This document shows, piece by piece, positions 30,402 through 40,712 of a stretch of DNA of 64,000 bases (positions are counted from its first letter, which is position 1; the number at the start of each line of letters is the position of its first letter). The notes under the pieces were generated by a model. The model was not told the origin of the DNA and made no database searches. It was given only the letters and a program-made list of their open reading frames with translations. The DNA lies in the NCBI GenBank assembly GCA_963789105.1, contig CAWBJI010000007.1, positions 49,594 through 113,593 of the forward strand, written 5' to 3'. The DNA is from an uncultured Alphaproteobacteria bacterium. GTDB taxonomy: Bacteria; Pseudomonadota; Alphaproteobacteria; Rhodobacterales; Rhodobacteraceae. A program made the translations under genes and the position numbers.

Positions 30402-30874
30402 CCGCCCTTTCGGGTCGGGGAACCATTCATCTAGCCCATCTCCTAGAGCTGCTTTCCGACCGCCACAGACGGAACGCCGTCATACCTTGGCGTCGTATGT
30501 GAGTGCCTACGCGCTGGAGTGGAATGCGGCGCTCCCTGGGTCTCGACCATCGCATGGCCTGTCGGGCCGTTCCACAATGGGCTTCGTCGTACGGCCTTTG
30601 GCGCGCTTCAGAAGGCTGACGGGCATCTCTAACAACCGGAAGCAGGCGAGGGGAACCGACAGGCCGTGGCTTGTCGAACTGGCGGCAAATGGGACCCCGA
30701 GCATTCAGTCGGAGCGTCAGGTTCACGATTCCGAACGATCTACTCGCTGTAGAACGTCCTCCATCGCCGCAAAGGCCGACATTACGGCCAAAGCCTGCCG
30801 CCATCCGACACCTGCCCCTTGCCATTAATAGAATTGTACGACAGTATAAATAATAACGGACGCGGGGTGGCGCT

Positions 30875-31798
30875 ATGGACAAGCAGGGGTTCAGCATCGA
30901 ATGCGTGCTGTCATGCGCCAATCATCTTGGCGAGGGGCCTCTGTGGGATGCCGGGTCCAACATGCTGTACTGGGTCGACAGTACGGGACCCAGGATGGGC
31001 AAGGATGCCCTTTGGCGTTTCGATCCCGCTACGTCAGCCGTCCGGTCATGGCCCTTACCAAAGGACATCGGCGCGGTCGCCTTGCGCGAAGAGGGCGGTG
31101 CGATACTTGCACTCGACGACGGGTTCTACGCCTTCTCGTTCGAGAGCGGCGCGGTCGATCCCATAGCCCTGATCGAGAATCGCCCCGATCGCGTTCGGCT
31201 TAACGATGGCAAATGCGACCGTGCGGGACGCTTTTTCGCCGGTGGAATGGATGACCAGGAGGAGCAGGGGTTGTGCCATCTCTGGAGGCTCGACCCCGAC
31301 CATACGCTGCACGCAGTGGAGGACGGCATCATCTGCTCCAACGGCCCGTGCTGGAGCCCGGACGACGCGATCTTCTACTTCGCCGACACGTTCCAGAACG
31401 AGATCTGGGCCTACGATTACGACATCGACACCGGTACGCCGTCGAATCGACGCGTCTTCGCTTCCACCGCCGACGATACCGGTTTCGCCGACGGCTCGAC
31501 CGTCGACGAGGAGGGGTATCTGTGGAACGCGCAGGTCATCTCGGGAGACCTGATCCGCTATGCGCCCGACGGTATGGTGGAGCGCAAGATCACCATGCCG
31601 GTACGCAATATCACCTCGGTGATGTTCGGCGGGGCCGATCTCGACGAGATCTACGTGACCTCGATGGCGCGGGTGAGCCATCCGGCCGCACATGACAACT
31701 TCGCCGTCCAGTCCAAGCCGCAGTTCGCCGCAGGCAGCCTGTTCCGCATCCGCGGGCTGGGCATCCGCGGCGTACCGGAACCGCGCTTCGCAGGATGA
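30875..31798 (+). CDS. SMP-30/gluconolactonase/LRE family protein
   Basis: 307 aa. LGEGPLWD, NDGKCD and DGSTVDEEGYLWNA beta-propeller motifs. Confidence 0.85.
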   Translation: MDKQGFSIECVLSCANHLGEGPLWDAGSNMLYWVDSTGPRMGKDALWRFDPATSAVRSWPLPKDIGAVALREEGGAILALDDGFYAFSFESGAVDPIALIENRPDRVRLNDGKCDRAGRFFAGGMDDQEEQGLCHLWRLDPDHTLHAVEDGIICSNGPCWSPDDAIFYFADTFQNEIWAYDYDIDTGTPSNRRVFASTADDTGFADGSTVDEEGYLWNAQVISGDLIRYAPDGMVERKITMPVRNITSVMFGGADLDEIYVTSMARVSHPAAHDNFAVQSKPQFAAGSLFRIRGLGIRGVPEPRFAG

Positions 31799-31820
31799 CC
31801 ATCTCTGGGAGGAGAGAGCC

Positions 31821-32696
31821 GTGAAACCAGCAGCCTTCGAGTATCTGAGGCCCGATACCCTGTCGGACGCCCTCGCGGCGCTTGCGCAGGACGACGACAC
31901 GGCCATCCTGGCCGGTGGGCAGAGCCTGGTGCCGATGATGAACACGCGGCTGGCGCAGCCGGCCCGGCTCGTGGACATCAACCGCCTGCCCGATCTCGAC
32001 TATGTGCGGGAGGAGGACGGCGCGATCGTCATCGGTGCGCTCGCGCGACATGCGGACATCATGCGCCACGACCTCGTCCGCACCCACATGCCGCTGATCG
32101 CCGAGGCCTACGGATGGGTGGCCCATTCCGCCGTCCGCAACCGGGGCACGCTGGCGGGCAACCTGTGCCATGCCGATCCGGCCTCGGAGATGCCGGCGAT
32201 CCTGCAGGTGCTCGGAGGCGAGGTGGTGCTAGCCCGTGCCGATGGCGAGAGGCGCATGGCCGCCGATGCGTTCTTCCTGGGCGCCTATGAGACCGCGCGC
32301 CGCCAAGGCGAGATACTCACCGAGATTCGTGTCCCGCTACCAGCACCGGGGACCGGGTGGGGCTTCGAGGAGGTGGCGATGCGCGAGGGCGACTATGCCT
32401 GGGCCGCGGTCGTCGCGACGCTCAGGCTGGAGGGCGGTAAGATCGCGGCACCCCGTATCGCCGTGGCCGGTGTGGAGGACCGCGCCGCCCGCCTGTCCGG
32501 CGCGGAGGCGGCGCTGGATGGACGCGAGCCAGACGGGTTCGACGCGGTCGCGGACGCCGCGGACGCCGCGGTCGCGGAGGTCGAGCCGACGGGGTCCGCC
32601 GCCGCCTCCGCCGAGTATCGCCGCGACCTGATGCGCACACTGCTGCCGCGCGTACTGAAACAGGCCGTTCGCCGGGCGGCCGGGGAGGAGAGTTGA
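31821..32696 (+). CDS. FAD-binding subunit of a xanthine dehydrogenase family enzyme (CoxM-like)
   Basis: GTG 31821 after GGGAGGAGAG. FEYLRP...LAGGQSLVPMMN...VRNRGTLAGNL. Confidence 0.85.
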   Translation: MKPAAFEYLRPDTLSDALAALAQDDDTAILAGGQSLVPMMNTRLAQPARLVDINRLPDLDYVREEDGAIVIGALARHADIMRHDLVRTHMPLIAEAYGWVAHSAVRNRGTLAGNLCHADPASEMPAILQVLGGEVVLARADGERRMAADAFFLGAYETARRQGEILTEIRVPLPAPGTGWGFEEVAMREGDYAWAAVVATLRLEGGKIAAPRIAVAGVEDRAARLSGAEAALDGREPDGFDAVADAADAAVAEVEPTGSAAASAEYRRDLMRTLLPRVLKQAVRRAAGEES

Positions 32697-32697
32697 C

Positions 32698-33198
32698 ATG
32701 AAGAAGATCGCCATCGATGTCACCGTGAACGGCCGCAGGCGCGAGGCGCTGGTGCCCGCCCGAATGCTGCTGTCGGACTTCATCCGCCACGAGCTGGCCC
32801 TGCCTGGCACCCATGTGGGCTGCGAGCACGGCGCCTGCGGATCGTGCAACGTGCTGCTCGACGGTCGCGCGGTGCGGGCCTGCCTGACCTTCGCGGTGCA
32901 GGTCGACGGGGCCGAGCTAAGCACGATCGAGGGTCTCGGCGCCGAGAAGATGAGTCCCATCCAGGAAGCGTTCTGGGAGGAACACGGGCTGCAATGCGGC
33001 TTCTGCACGCCGGGGATGCTGGCCACGGCGCAGGAGCTTCTAGCCGACAACCCCGACCCGACCGACGAGGAAATCCGCGAGGCCATTTCCGGAAATCTGT
33101 GCCGCTGCACGGGGTACGAATTCATCATCGCCGCCATCCGGTCCGCCGCGCGCAAGCTGCGCGACGCCGAGATCCAGGAGACGCTCCAGCCCGCCTGA
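32698..33198 (+). CDS. (2Fe-2S)-binding small subunit (CoxS-like)
   Basis: CEHGACGSC, CGFCTPG and CRCTGY cluster motifs. Confidence 0.9.
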   Translation: MKKIAIDVTVNGRRREALVPARMLLSDFIRHELALPGTHVGCEHGACGSCNVLLDGRAVRACLTFAVQVDGAELSTIEGLGAEKMSPIQEAFWEEHGLQCGFCTPGMLATAQELLADNPDPTDEEIREAISGNLCRCTGYEFIIAAIRSAARKLRDAEIQETLQPA

Positions 33199-33226
33199 GG
33201 CGGCGCGTGGGGGAGGAGGACACACC

Positions 33227-35716
33227 ATGACATCGCATCTCGACGGCAACACCATCCCGCCCAGCCGCCAGCGCGAGGCGCCGCGCGCGGGCCTGACCTG
33301 GATCGGCCAGAGCATGAAGCGGGTGGAGGATCCGCGCATCCTGGCCGGGAAGGGCGGCTACATCGACGATGTGTCGGTGCCCGGCATGGCCCATGCGGCC
33401 ATGGTTTCCAGCCCGCATGCCCATGCCCGCATCGTCTCGATCGATACGTCAAAGGCGCGCGACCTGCCCGGCGTGATCGGCGTCTACACCGGCGAGGACC
33501 TCGCCACGGTGGTGGATGCCTGTCCGTCCTTCGCATCGCCGCCCGTGCCGCAGACCGCCATGGCGATCGGGCGCGTGCGTCATGTGGGAGAGGTCGTGGC
33601 CGCGGTGGTGGCAGAGGACCGCTACATCGCCGAGGACGCGGCCGAGCTGGTCGAGGTCGAGTACGAGACCCTGCCCGCCAATGTGGACATCGAGGCGTCG
33701 GCGGAGGCCACGGGCGACGCTGTGATCCATCCCGACGACCGCGAGGGCAACGTGGCGCTCGACGAGTCCTTCTCGTTCGGCCCCGTGGACGAGCATTTCG
33801 CCGGGGCCGACCGGGTGGTCCGGCGGCGGCTGCGGTGGAACCGCTCCTCGGCGCAGGCCATCGAGACCTGCGGGGCGGTGGCGCAGTGGGATGCCCACCG
33901 GGGCGGCTACACGATCCACGCCAACACGAACTTCTACGCGTTCATCCCCTTCGTGCTGGGTGGTTCGCTTCGGGTCTCGCCGGGCGAGCTGAAGATCGTT
34001 CCGGTGCTGGCGGGCGGCTCGTTCGGGTCCAAGGTGTTCATCCACAAGATCATCATTCGCACCGCGGGCCTGTCGCGGCTGGCGGGCGTACCGGTGAAAT
34101 ATATCGAGGACCGCATCGAGCATTTCACCAATTCCGACAGCCACGGCTCGGACCGGCTCTACGACGCGGAGCTCGCGGTCATGGAGGACGGCACCTTCAA
34201 GTCGCTGCGTTTCGACGTGCTCGACGATTACGGCGCCTATCTCCAGTTCGGGGTGGGCACCCACGGAAACGCCATGGCGCAGGTCACGGGCCCCTACCGG
34301 ATCGAGAGCTTCGGGATGCGCGTGCGCGCCATCCTCACCAATAAGACGCAACAGGGCCCCTATCGCGGCTTCGGCTCGGAGGTGACGAACTGGGTGATGG
34401 AGCGCATGGCCGACGCCGCCGCGGCCGAACTGGGCCGCGACAGGGTGGAGCTTCGCGAGCAGAACATGATTCAGGCCGATCAGTTCCCCTACATGATCCC
34501 GACGGGCAACATCTACGACAGCGGCAACTTCCAGAAAGTGCTGGCCGAGGCGAAGAAACTCTTCGACTACGACGCTTGGCTGGCGAAGGCCGAGGCGATG
34601 CGCGCCGAAGGCCGCTGCGTCGGCGTGGGCGTCGCCACCTGCATGGAGCGCTCGGTCTACGGGCCGACCGAATGGTGGTCGCTCAACAACCGCGAAACGC
34701 CTGGCTTCACGTTGACCTCGACGCCCGAGGGTATCGCGATGCGCTTCGACCCCTCGGGCAAGCTCTTCGTGACCCTCAACTCGCCCATGGTCGGCAATTC
34801 GCCCGAGACCGTGGTGACGCAGGTTCTGGCCGAGCGGCTGACGGTCGCGCCCGAAGATGTGGTGATCGGCTATGCCGACAGCCAGTCCGGCTTCAACGGC
34901 GTGGGGCCGCAGGGCAGCCGCTTCACCGCGATGATCACCGGTGCCTGCGTCAGCGCCTCGATCAAGCTGGAGGAGCGGCTCAAGCGCTTCGCCGCCCACA
35001 TGCTCCAGCGGCGCCCGGACGACCTGGAGCTTCGGGGCGGGGCCGTCGGCGTGAAGGGCCTTGTGGACCAGGAGAAGAGCTTCGCCGAGATCGCGCTCAC
35101 CTCGAGCTTCTTCCGGCTGAGTTTCCCCGACGGGGAGGAGTTCGACAGCGGCCTGGAATGCACCGCCGTCTATGACCATCCGCTCTCGTCGGATCCCGAT
35201 CCCGACCGCAAGCATCTGGGCATCTTCTACCCCATCGTCGGTCATATCTGCCACATCGTCGCCGTAGAGGTGGACCCGGGCACCGGCAAGGTCGAGATCC
35301 TCGACTACGCGGCCGTGCACGACAACGGGACCATCGTGAACCCGCGGACCCTGGCCGGGCAGGTCTGGGGCGGCACCGCGAACGGGATCGGCACCACGCT
35401 GACCGAGCAGTTTCTCTACGATTCCGAAGGTCAGTTCCTGAACCCCAACTTCGCCGAGTTCGCCATGCCCACGGCCAACGAGATGCCCCGCAACTTCAAG
35501 CTCGGCCATGTTGAGACGCCGTCCCCCTACACAGAGTACGGCGTGAAGGGGGGCGGGGAGGGCGGGCGGCTTGGCGCGCCGGCCGCACTTACCAGTGCCA
35601 TCGACGCCGCGTTGCAACGCTACGGCATCGAGATCGCCTCGTTGCCGGTGACGCCGCCGATCCTGCGGGGGCTGATCCGCGAGGCGGAGGCCCGGACGCC
35701 GCAGGGGGCGGAGTAG
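33227..35716 (+). CDS. molybdopterin-binding large subunit (CoxL-like, not a CO dehydrogenase)
   Basis: 829 aa. RBS GGAGGAGGA. The active-site loop reads QQGPYRGFGSE rather than AYRCSFR or AYRGAGR. Confidence 0.85.
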   Translation: MTSHLDGNTIPPSRQREAPRAGLTWIGQSMKRVEDPRILAGKGGYIDDVSVPGMAHAAMVSSPHAHARIVSIDTSKARDLPGVIGVYTGEDLATVVDACPSFASPPVPQTAMAIGRVRHVGEVVAAVVAEDRYIAEDAAELVEVEYETLPANVDIEASAEATGDAVIHPDDREGNVALDESFSFGPVDEHFAGADRVVRRRLRWNRSSAQAIETCGAVAQWDAHRGGYTIHANTNFYAFIPFVLGGSLRVSPGELKIVPVLAGGSFGSKVFIHKIIIRTAGLSRLAGVPVKYIEDRIEHFTNSDSHGSDRLYDAELAVMEDGTFKSLRFDVLDDYGAYLQFGVGTHGNAMAQVTGPYRIESFGMRVRAILTNKTQQGPYRGFGSEVTNWVMERMADAAAAELGRDRVELREQNMIQADQFPYMIPTGNIYDSGNFQKVLAEAKKLFDYDAWLAKAEAMRAEGRCVGVGVATCMERSVYGPTEWWSLNNRETPGFTLTSTPEGIAMRFDPSGKLFVTLNSPMVGNSPETVVTQVLAERLTVAPEDVVIGYADSQSGFNGVGPQGSRFTAMITGACVSASIKLEERLKRFAAHMLQRRPDDLELRGGAVGVKGLVDQEKSFAEIALTSSFFRLSFPDGEEFDSGLECTAVYDHPLSSDPDPDRKHLGIFYPIVGHICHIVAVEVDPGTGKVEILDYAAVHDNGTIVNPRTLAGQVWGGTANGIGTTLTEQFLYDSEGQFLNPNFAEFAMPTANEMPRNFKLGHVETPSPYTEYGVKGGGEGGRLGAPAALTSAIDAALQRYGIEIASLPVTPPILRGLIREAEARTPQGAE

Positions 35717-35720
35717 GTCC

Positions 35721-36641
35721 GTGGCCGAGGCGCATCCGGTCATCGTCACCTGCGCGGTGACCGGGGCGATACACACGCCCGGCATGTCGCCCCATCTGCC
35801 GGCCACGGCCGAGGCGATCGTGGCTTCGGCACTGGAGGCGGCCGCGGCCGGGGCGACGGTGCTGCACCTGCATGCGCGGGGTGAGGCGGGGCGACCGGAT
35901 CAATCCGTCGAGGGGCTGCGCGCCGTAGTCGAACCGATCCGCGCCGCCACGGATGCCCTGGTAAACGTGACCACCGGCGGCAGCCCCTACATGAGTGTCG
36001 AGGAGCGCGCGCGCCCCGCGGCGGCCCTCGCGCCCGACCTGGCTTCGCTCAACATGGGGTCGATGAACATGGGCCTCTTCCCGATGCTGAAGCGTCACCC
36101 CGGCCTCGCGGGATGGGAGAGAGACCATCTGGAGGGCTCGCGCGACCTCGTGTTCCGCAACAGCTACGCCGATATCGGGCACGTCCTCGACGCCTGCCGC
36201 GAGAACGGCACGCGGTTCGAGTTCGAGTGCTACGACACTGCCCACCTCTACAACCTCGCCCATTTCGCCGATGCGGGCACGGTCGAGCCGCCGTTCTTCG
36301 TGCAGACCGTCTTCGGCCTGTTGGGTGGGATCGGCGCGCATCCCGACGACGTCGCGCATATGCGTCGGACGGCGCTGCGCCTCTTCGGAAAGGATCTCGT
36401 GTGGTCCGCTCTGGGCGCAGGGGCGCATCAGATGCGGGTGGCCGCCATCGCCGCGGCCTCGGGCGGGCATGTCCGGGTTGGCCTGGAGGATTCGCTTTGG
36501 CTCGGACCCGGCAAGCTTGCGCCCTCGAACGCGGCCCAGGTCTCGGCCGCGATCGGGATGATCGCGGCGCTCGGCTGTCGTCCCGCGACGCCGGACGAGG
36601 CGCGCGCGACGCTTGGCCTCTCGCCGTCGAATGTGAAATGA
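35721..36641 (+). CDS. beta-keto acid cleavage enzyme (BKACE/DUF849, 3-keto-5-aminohexanoate cleavage family)
   Basis: VIVTCAVTGA, TGGSPYMS, EFECYD and VRVGLEDS blocks. Confidence 0.8.
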   Translation: MAEAHPVIVTCAVTGAIHTPGMSPHLPATAEAIVASALEAAAAGATVLHLHARGEAGRPDQSVEGLRAVVEPIRAATDALVNVTTGGSPYMSVEERARPAAALAPDLASLNMGSMNMGLFPMLKRHPGLAGWERDHLEGSRDLVFRNSYADIGHVLDACRENGTRFEFECYDTAHLYNLAHFADAGTVEPPFFVQTVFGLLGGIGAHPDDVAHMRRTALRLFGKDLVWSALGAGAHQMRVAAIAAASGGHVRVGLEDSLWLGPGKLAPSNAAQVSAAIGMIAALGCRPATPDEARATLGLSPSNVK

Positions 36642-37369
36642 TCGGCGCCGTGAAACTGAACGCCATCCCATCCGGAACTCCTCCCGCTCCATCGACGCGT
36701 CCGAGGGGACAGGTCGGACGTCCCCGCGACCGCCCGCCCGAGGAGACGAGGCGCCGTATCCTCGACGCCGCCGAGCGGCTCTTCGCCGAGGGCGGCTACG
36801 ACGGCACATCCCTGCGCGATGTGGCCTCAGCCGCCGATGTGCAGCTCAATGCGGTCGGATACCATTTCGGACCGAAGGATGTGCTGTTCGACACGGTGGT
36901 TGGACGGCGTGCGGCGATCATGTCAGAAATGCGCGGAAATGCGTTGGCCGAAATCCTCGACGTTGCCGGGGATGCGCGCCCGCATCTGGAGGACCTGATC
37001 CGTGCCTACGTTGCGCCGTTCATCCACTCGGCCGGCCACGGCGAACGGGGCTGGCGCAACTACGCCGCGCTGATGGGCCGTCTTGCCAATTCGATGCAGG
37101 GCACGGAGATCATCGCGCGCCATTACGACGACACCGCGCGCGCCTATCTCGACGCCCTGCGCAAGGCCCTCCCCGGGGCGCGGCAGGCGGACCTCGTGGA
37201 CGGCTTCGGCGTGTTGATCGCGGCGATGCTGGGCATCTGCGCCGATACCGGCCGACGCGAGAGGCTGGGCGCCGCGCCGGCCCACAGGAAGCCGGAGGAG
37301 AACATCGCCATGCTGACCACGTTCCACGCCGCGGGGCTGCGCGCGCTCGAACCCGGGGACGGGGGATGA
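36638..37369 (+). CDS. TetR/AcrR family transcriptional regulator
   Basis: ATGA overlap with the BKACE stop. HTH RRRILDAAERLFAEGGYDGTSLRDVASAADVQLNAVGYHFG. Confidence 0.85.
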   Translation: MIGAVKLNAIPSGTPPAPSTRPRGQVGRPRDRPPEETRRRILDAAERLFAEGGYDGTSLRDVASAADVQLNAVGYHFGPKDVLFDTVVGRRAAIMSEMRGNALAEILDVAGDARPHLEDLIRAYVAPFIHSAGHGERGWRNYAALMGRLANSMQGTEIIARHYDDTARAYLDALRKALPGARQADLVDGFGVLIAAMLGICADTGRRERLGAAPAHRKPEENIAMLTTFHAAGLRALEPGDGG

Positions 37370-37775
37370 ATGCCGCACCGGCCGAAGGCGAGACCTGTGC
37401 CCTGCGGGGCAGGGTCGACGGATCCCGCGTTGCGGCCGTCCTGGCCGCCGAGGGCGAGACGCTCCCGGCGGTGTTCGGCACGCCGTTCATGATCGTCGAT
37501 ATGGAGCGCGCCTGCGCCGCGCTGTTCGCCCCGCACCTCGATCCGGGCGAGGTTTCCGTGGCGCTCGCATCGAGGTCTCGCACCTCGCGCCCACGCCGAC
37601 CGGTGCGGCGGTCGAGGCCGTCGCCATCTACCGGGGCCGCGAGGGGCCGCTACACTGGTTCGACGTGACCGCCACGGACGCGGCGGGAGAGATCGGGCGG
37701 GGCCGCATCGCCCGTGCGGTGGTCTTTGCCGACCAGATGCTCATCCGTGCGGCGGGCCGGAGCGGCGCGGCGTGA
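37366..37775 (+). pseudogene. hotdog-fold thioesterase, one frameshift (or sequencing error)
   Basis: N-terminal 66 aa (..VFGTPFMIVDMERACAALFAPHLDPGEVSVALA) then a -1 shift near 37565-37572. It continues IEVSHLAPTPTGAAVEAVAIYRGREGPLHWFDVTATDAAGEIGRGRIARAVV to TGA 37773-37775. Confidence 0.65.
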
Positions 37776-40151
37776 ACGCGATCCGGGGGGCGGAAGTGGC
37801 CGACCTCAAGACCGTGGAGCGCGCGGTACTGTGGCTGGCCTGCTGGATCGTGCACCACGCCAACCACCTGCGCGAACCCGACGAGATCAAGGTCGGTGGA
37901 CATTAGGCATCCTGCGCCTCGATGATCACAATCATGACGGCGCTCTACGCGGACGTGCTGCGCCCCGAGGACCGGGGCGCCGTCAAACCGCATGCCTCGC
38001 CGGTGTTCCACGCGCTGCAATACATCGCCGGTAACCAATCCCGCGAAAACCTGGCCGCTTTCCGCGCCTTCGGCGGCGCACAAAGCTATCCGTCGCGAAC
38101 CAAGGACGTGGACGACGTCGATTTTCCACCGGCTCGGTCGGGCTGGGCGTGGCGCAGACTGCCTTCGCTTCTCTGGTGCAGGATTACCTCCACGCCAAGA
38201 AGAGCCTGCGCCCCGACGCCGCGCCGGGACGCATGATCGCGCTCGTAGGCGACGCGGAGCTGGATGAGGGCAATGTCTACGAAGCATTGCAGGAGGGCTG
38301 GAAGCACGATCTGCGCAACGTCCGATGGGTTATCGACTACAACCGCCAGTCCCTGGACGGGGTCGTTCGCGAGGGATTGTGGCAGCGCATCGAGGCGATA
38401 TTCGGCGCTTTCGGCTGGCGGGTCATTCGCCTGCGCTACGGGCGACTGCAGGAGGCGGCCTTCTCGGAGCCCGGGGGCGATCGCTTGCGCGACTGAATCG
38501 AGCGCGGCCCTAATCCGCTCTATTCGGCGCTGACCTTCCAGGGCGGCGCGGCGTGGCGAACGCGGCTCCAGGAGGAGTTGGAAGACCAGGGCGCGGTCTC
38601 CGACCTGTTGGCGCGGCGCGGCGCGACGACGCGACCCTTGCGGCGCTGATGGCCGATCTCGGCGGACATTGTCTCGAGACGCTAAGGACGGGTTTCGAGG
38701 CCGCCGCCGCGGAGGACACGCCCGCCGTGATCCTGGCCTACACCATCAAGGGCTGGGGCACGCCCCTGGCAGGGCACAAGGACGATCACGCAGGTCTGAT
38801 GACGGCCACGCAGTTCGAGGCCTGGCGGGTATCGATGGGCGTTGCCGAGGGCGCGGAATGGGACGTGCCCGATCCGGTGGAGCGCCGCATCCGGCGCGCG
38901 CCGTTCTTCGCCGCAGGTCGGCGGCGCTACACCGACGCCCGGGTGCCGGTGCCCGCGCTGGCGCCGCCGCAGGAAACGCGTATCTCCACCCAGACTGCCT
39001 TCGGCAAGCTGCTCGACGGCATCGCCCGCGCGGGCGGTCCGCTTGCCGGCCGAATATTGACCATGTCGTCCGACGTGACGGTCTCGACCGATCTCGGGCC
39101 GTGGGTGAACCGCCGGGGTCTGTTCGCCCGCGAGGCGGTGCCCGATGCGTTCCGGGCCGAGCGGGTGCCCTCGACGCAGAAATGGGCCTTCGGGCCCGAG
39201 GGTCAGCATCTCGAACTCGGCATTGCCGAAATGAACCTGCTCCTCGCCCTCGGCGCGGCGGGTCTGTCGCATTCGCCCTTCGGGCGGCGGCTGCTGCCGG
39301 TGGGCACGCTCTACGACCCGTTCGTGTCGCGCGGGCTCGATGCACTCAACTACGCTTGCTACCAGGACGCCCGCTTTCTGATGGTAGGAACGCCATCCGG
39401 CAGCACCCTCGCCTCCGAGGACGGGGCGCACCAGTCGCTTGCCACGCCGCTGGTCGGCATGAGCCAGGACGGGCTTGCCGTTTTCGAACCGGCATTTGCC
39501 GACGAACGGGCCGCGATCCTGTCCTGGAGTTTCGGCTACATGCAGGCCGATGGCGGGGACGGGGAGGGGGCCGCTGGTCCCAGCCGCGAGCAGGCATAGC
39601 TGCGCGATGAGACGGGGGGCTCGGTCTATCTGCGGCTATCGACCCGTCCGCTCGAACAGCCGGGTCGGCGTGCGGCGTCGGACTGGCACCAGGGGGTGAT
39701 CGACGGTGCCTATTGGTGGCGCCCGCCGAGTGCGAGGACCAGGGTGGCGATCGTCTATCAGGGCGTCGTCGCGGATCACGCCTTCTCGGCCGCCGGGCGC
39801 CTGGCGCCCGGCGGCCGAATGGGCCGGGGATGTGGCCGTCCTCGGCGTCACGTCCGCCGACCGTCTCAACGCGGGCTGGACGGCGGCCGAACGCATCCGA
39901 CGCGACCGCATAGCCATGTCCCGTATCGACCGGCTCATGGCGCGGACGTCCCGGACCATGCCGCGCTCGTCACGGTCATCGACGGACATCCGGCGACCCT
40001 TGCCTGGATTGGCGGCGTACGCGGCGATCGCAAGGTGAGCCTGGGCGTCGAGCATTTCGGTCAGACCGGCTGCGTCGCGGATCTCTACCGTTACTTCGGC
40101 ATCGACGCGGACGGCGTCACCCGAGCGGCCAAAGGCGTGATGGAGCGGTGA
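37772..40151 (+). pseudogene. heavily decayed thiamine-diphosphate-dependent 2-oxo-acid dehydrogenase E1 (homodimeric AceE-like/transketolase-like)
   Basis: Recognisable over about 793 codons (KVGGH*ASCASMITIMTALY, STGSVGLGVAQT, VGDAELDEGN, YTIKGWG, GIAEMN, VTVIDGHPATLAWIGG, LGVEHFGQTG). Interrupted by three in-frame stops and at least four frameshifts. Confidence 0.85.
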
Positions 40152-40341
40152 CGATCCGCGAAGCATCCGGATCCCGCCATATGGCCGTCTCCCGATATTC
40201 CGCTAGGGCGCTCCATGGAGTATGGTCGCGAGACACGCGCTGAGCGTTTTGCTCGTGGCCTATCGACTTCGCGTCGCAAGATGCACTCGGCTAAAACGGT
40301 TCTGAACAATATTGGTCACGACCGCATCGTAGCATAATGAC

Positions 40342-40369
40342 CCAGAGCGCAGCCGTCGCTGCGCTCTGG
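40342..40369. repeat. perfect 12-bp inverted repeat (CCAGAGCGCAGC-cgtc-GCTGCGCTCTGG) hairpin
   Basis: Read directly. Lies in a low-GC (about 50%) intergenic stretch. No U-tract on either strand. Confidence 0.6.
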
Positions 40370-40712
40370 CAGAACGGGAACTGCTTCGCGGTCGGCCGAC
40401 GCCCTTGTCGGAACTCATCTCTGTGATAAATTAACTACCTGCCGAGTTGTAGGATGTCGGCGGCCCTTCTTCGAAGTCCGACGCTTCCTCGGAGGAATAT
40501 CTAACGGTCGCAACTCGTAAGGATCACGACCGGTTCAGGACGACCCCGAAACCAAAAACGCGACCGCCGCACGGGCCGTGGAGAGACGCGGGCAGGTGTC
40601 TGCCCGAGATGAGCCCGTCCTGACCGTCTCCGTCACACCCGCGCCCCGGTAAGCCACGGAAATGACGCCGACACTGCAGGCGCCATTCACGCAATGAAAG
40701 CACTGGGTATGG

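Noticed and set aside
33227-35716. Carbon monoxide dehydrogenase (CoxL)
   Set aside because: The active-site loop is GPYRGFGSE. It lacks both the form I signature AYRCSFR and the form II signature AYRGAGR, so only the family assignment is kept.
33449-35806. 785-aa ORF antisense to the CoxL-like gene. Similar giant shadow ORFs occur at 41870..43627, 45260..46933, 52084..53367, 57117..59339 and 59074..61497.
   Set aside because: These are typical high-GC antisense open frames with Arg/Gly/Pro/His-rich products. Each is fully overlapped by a gene with clear family motifs on the other strand.
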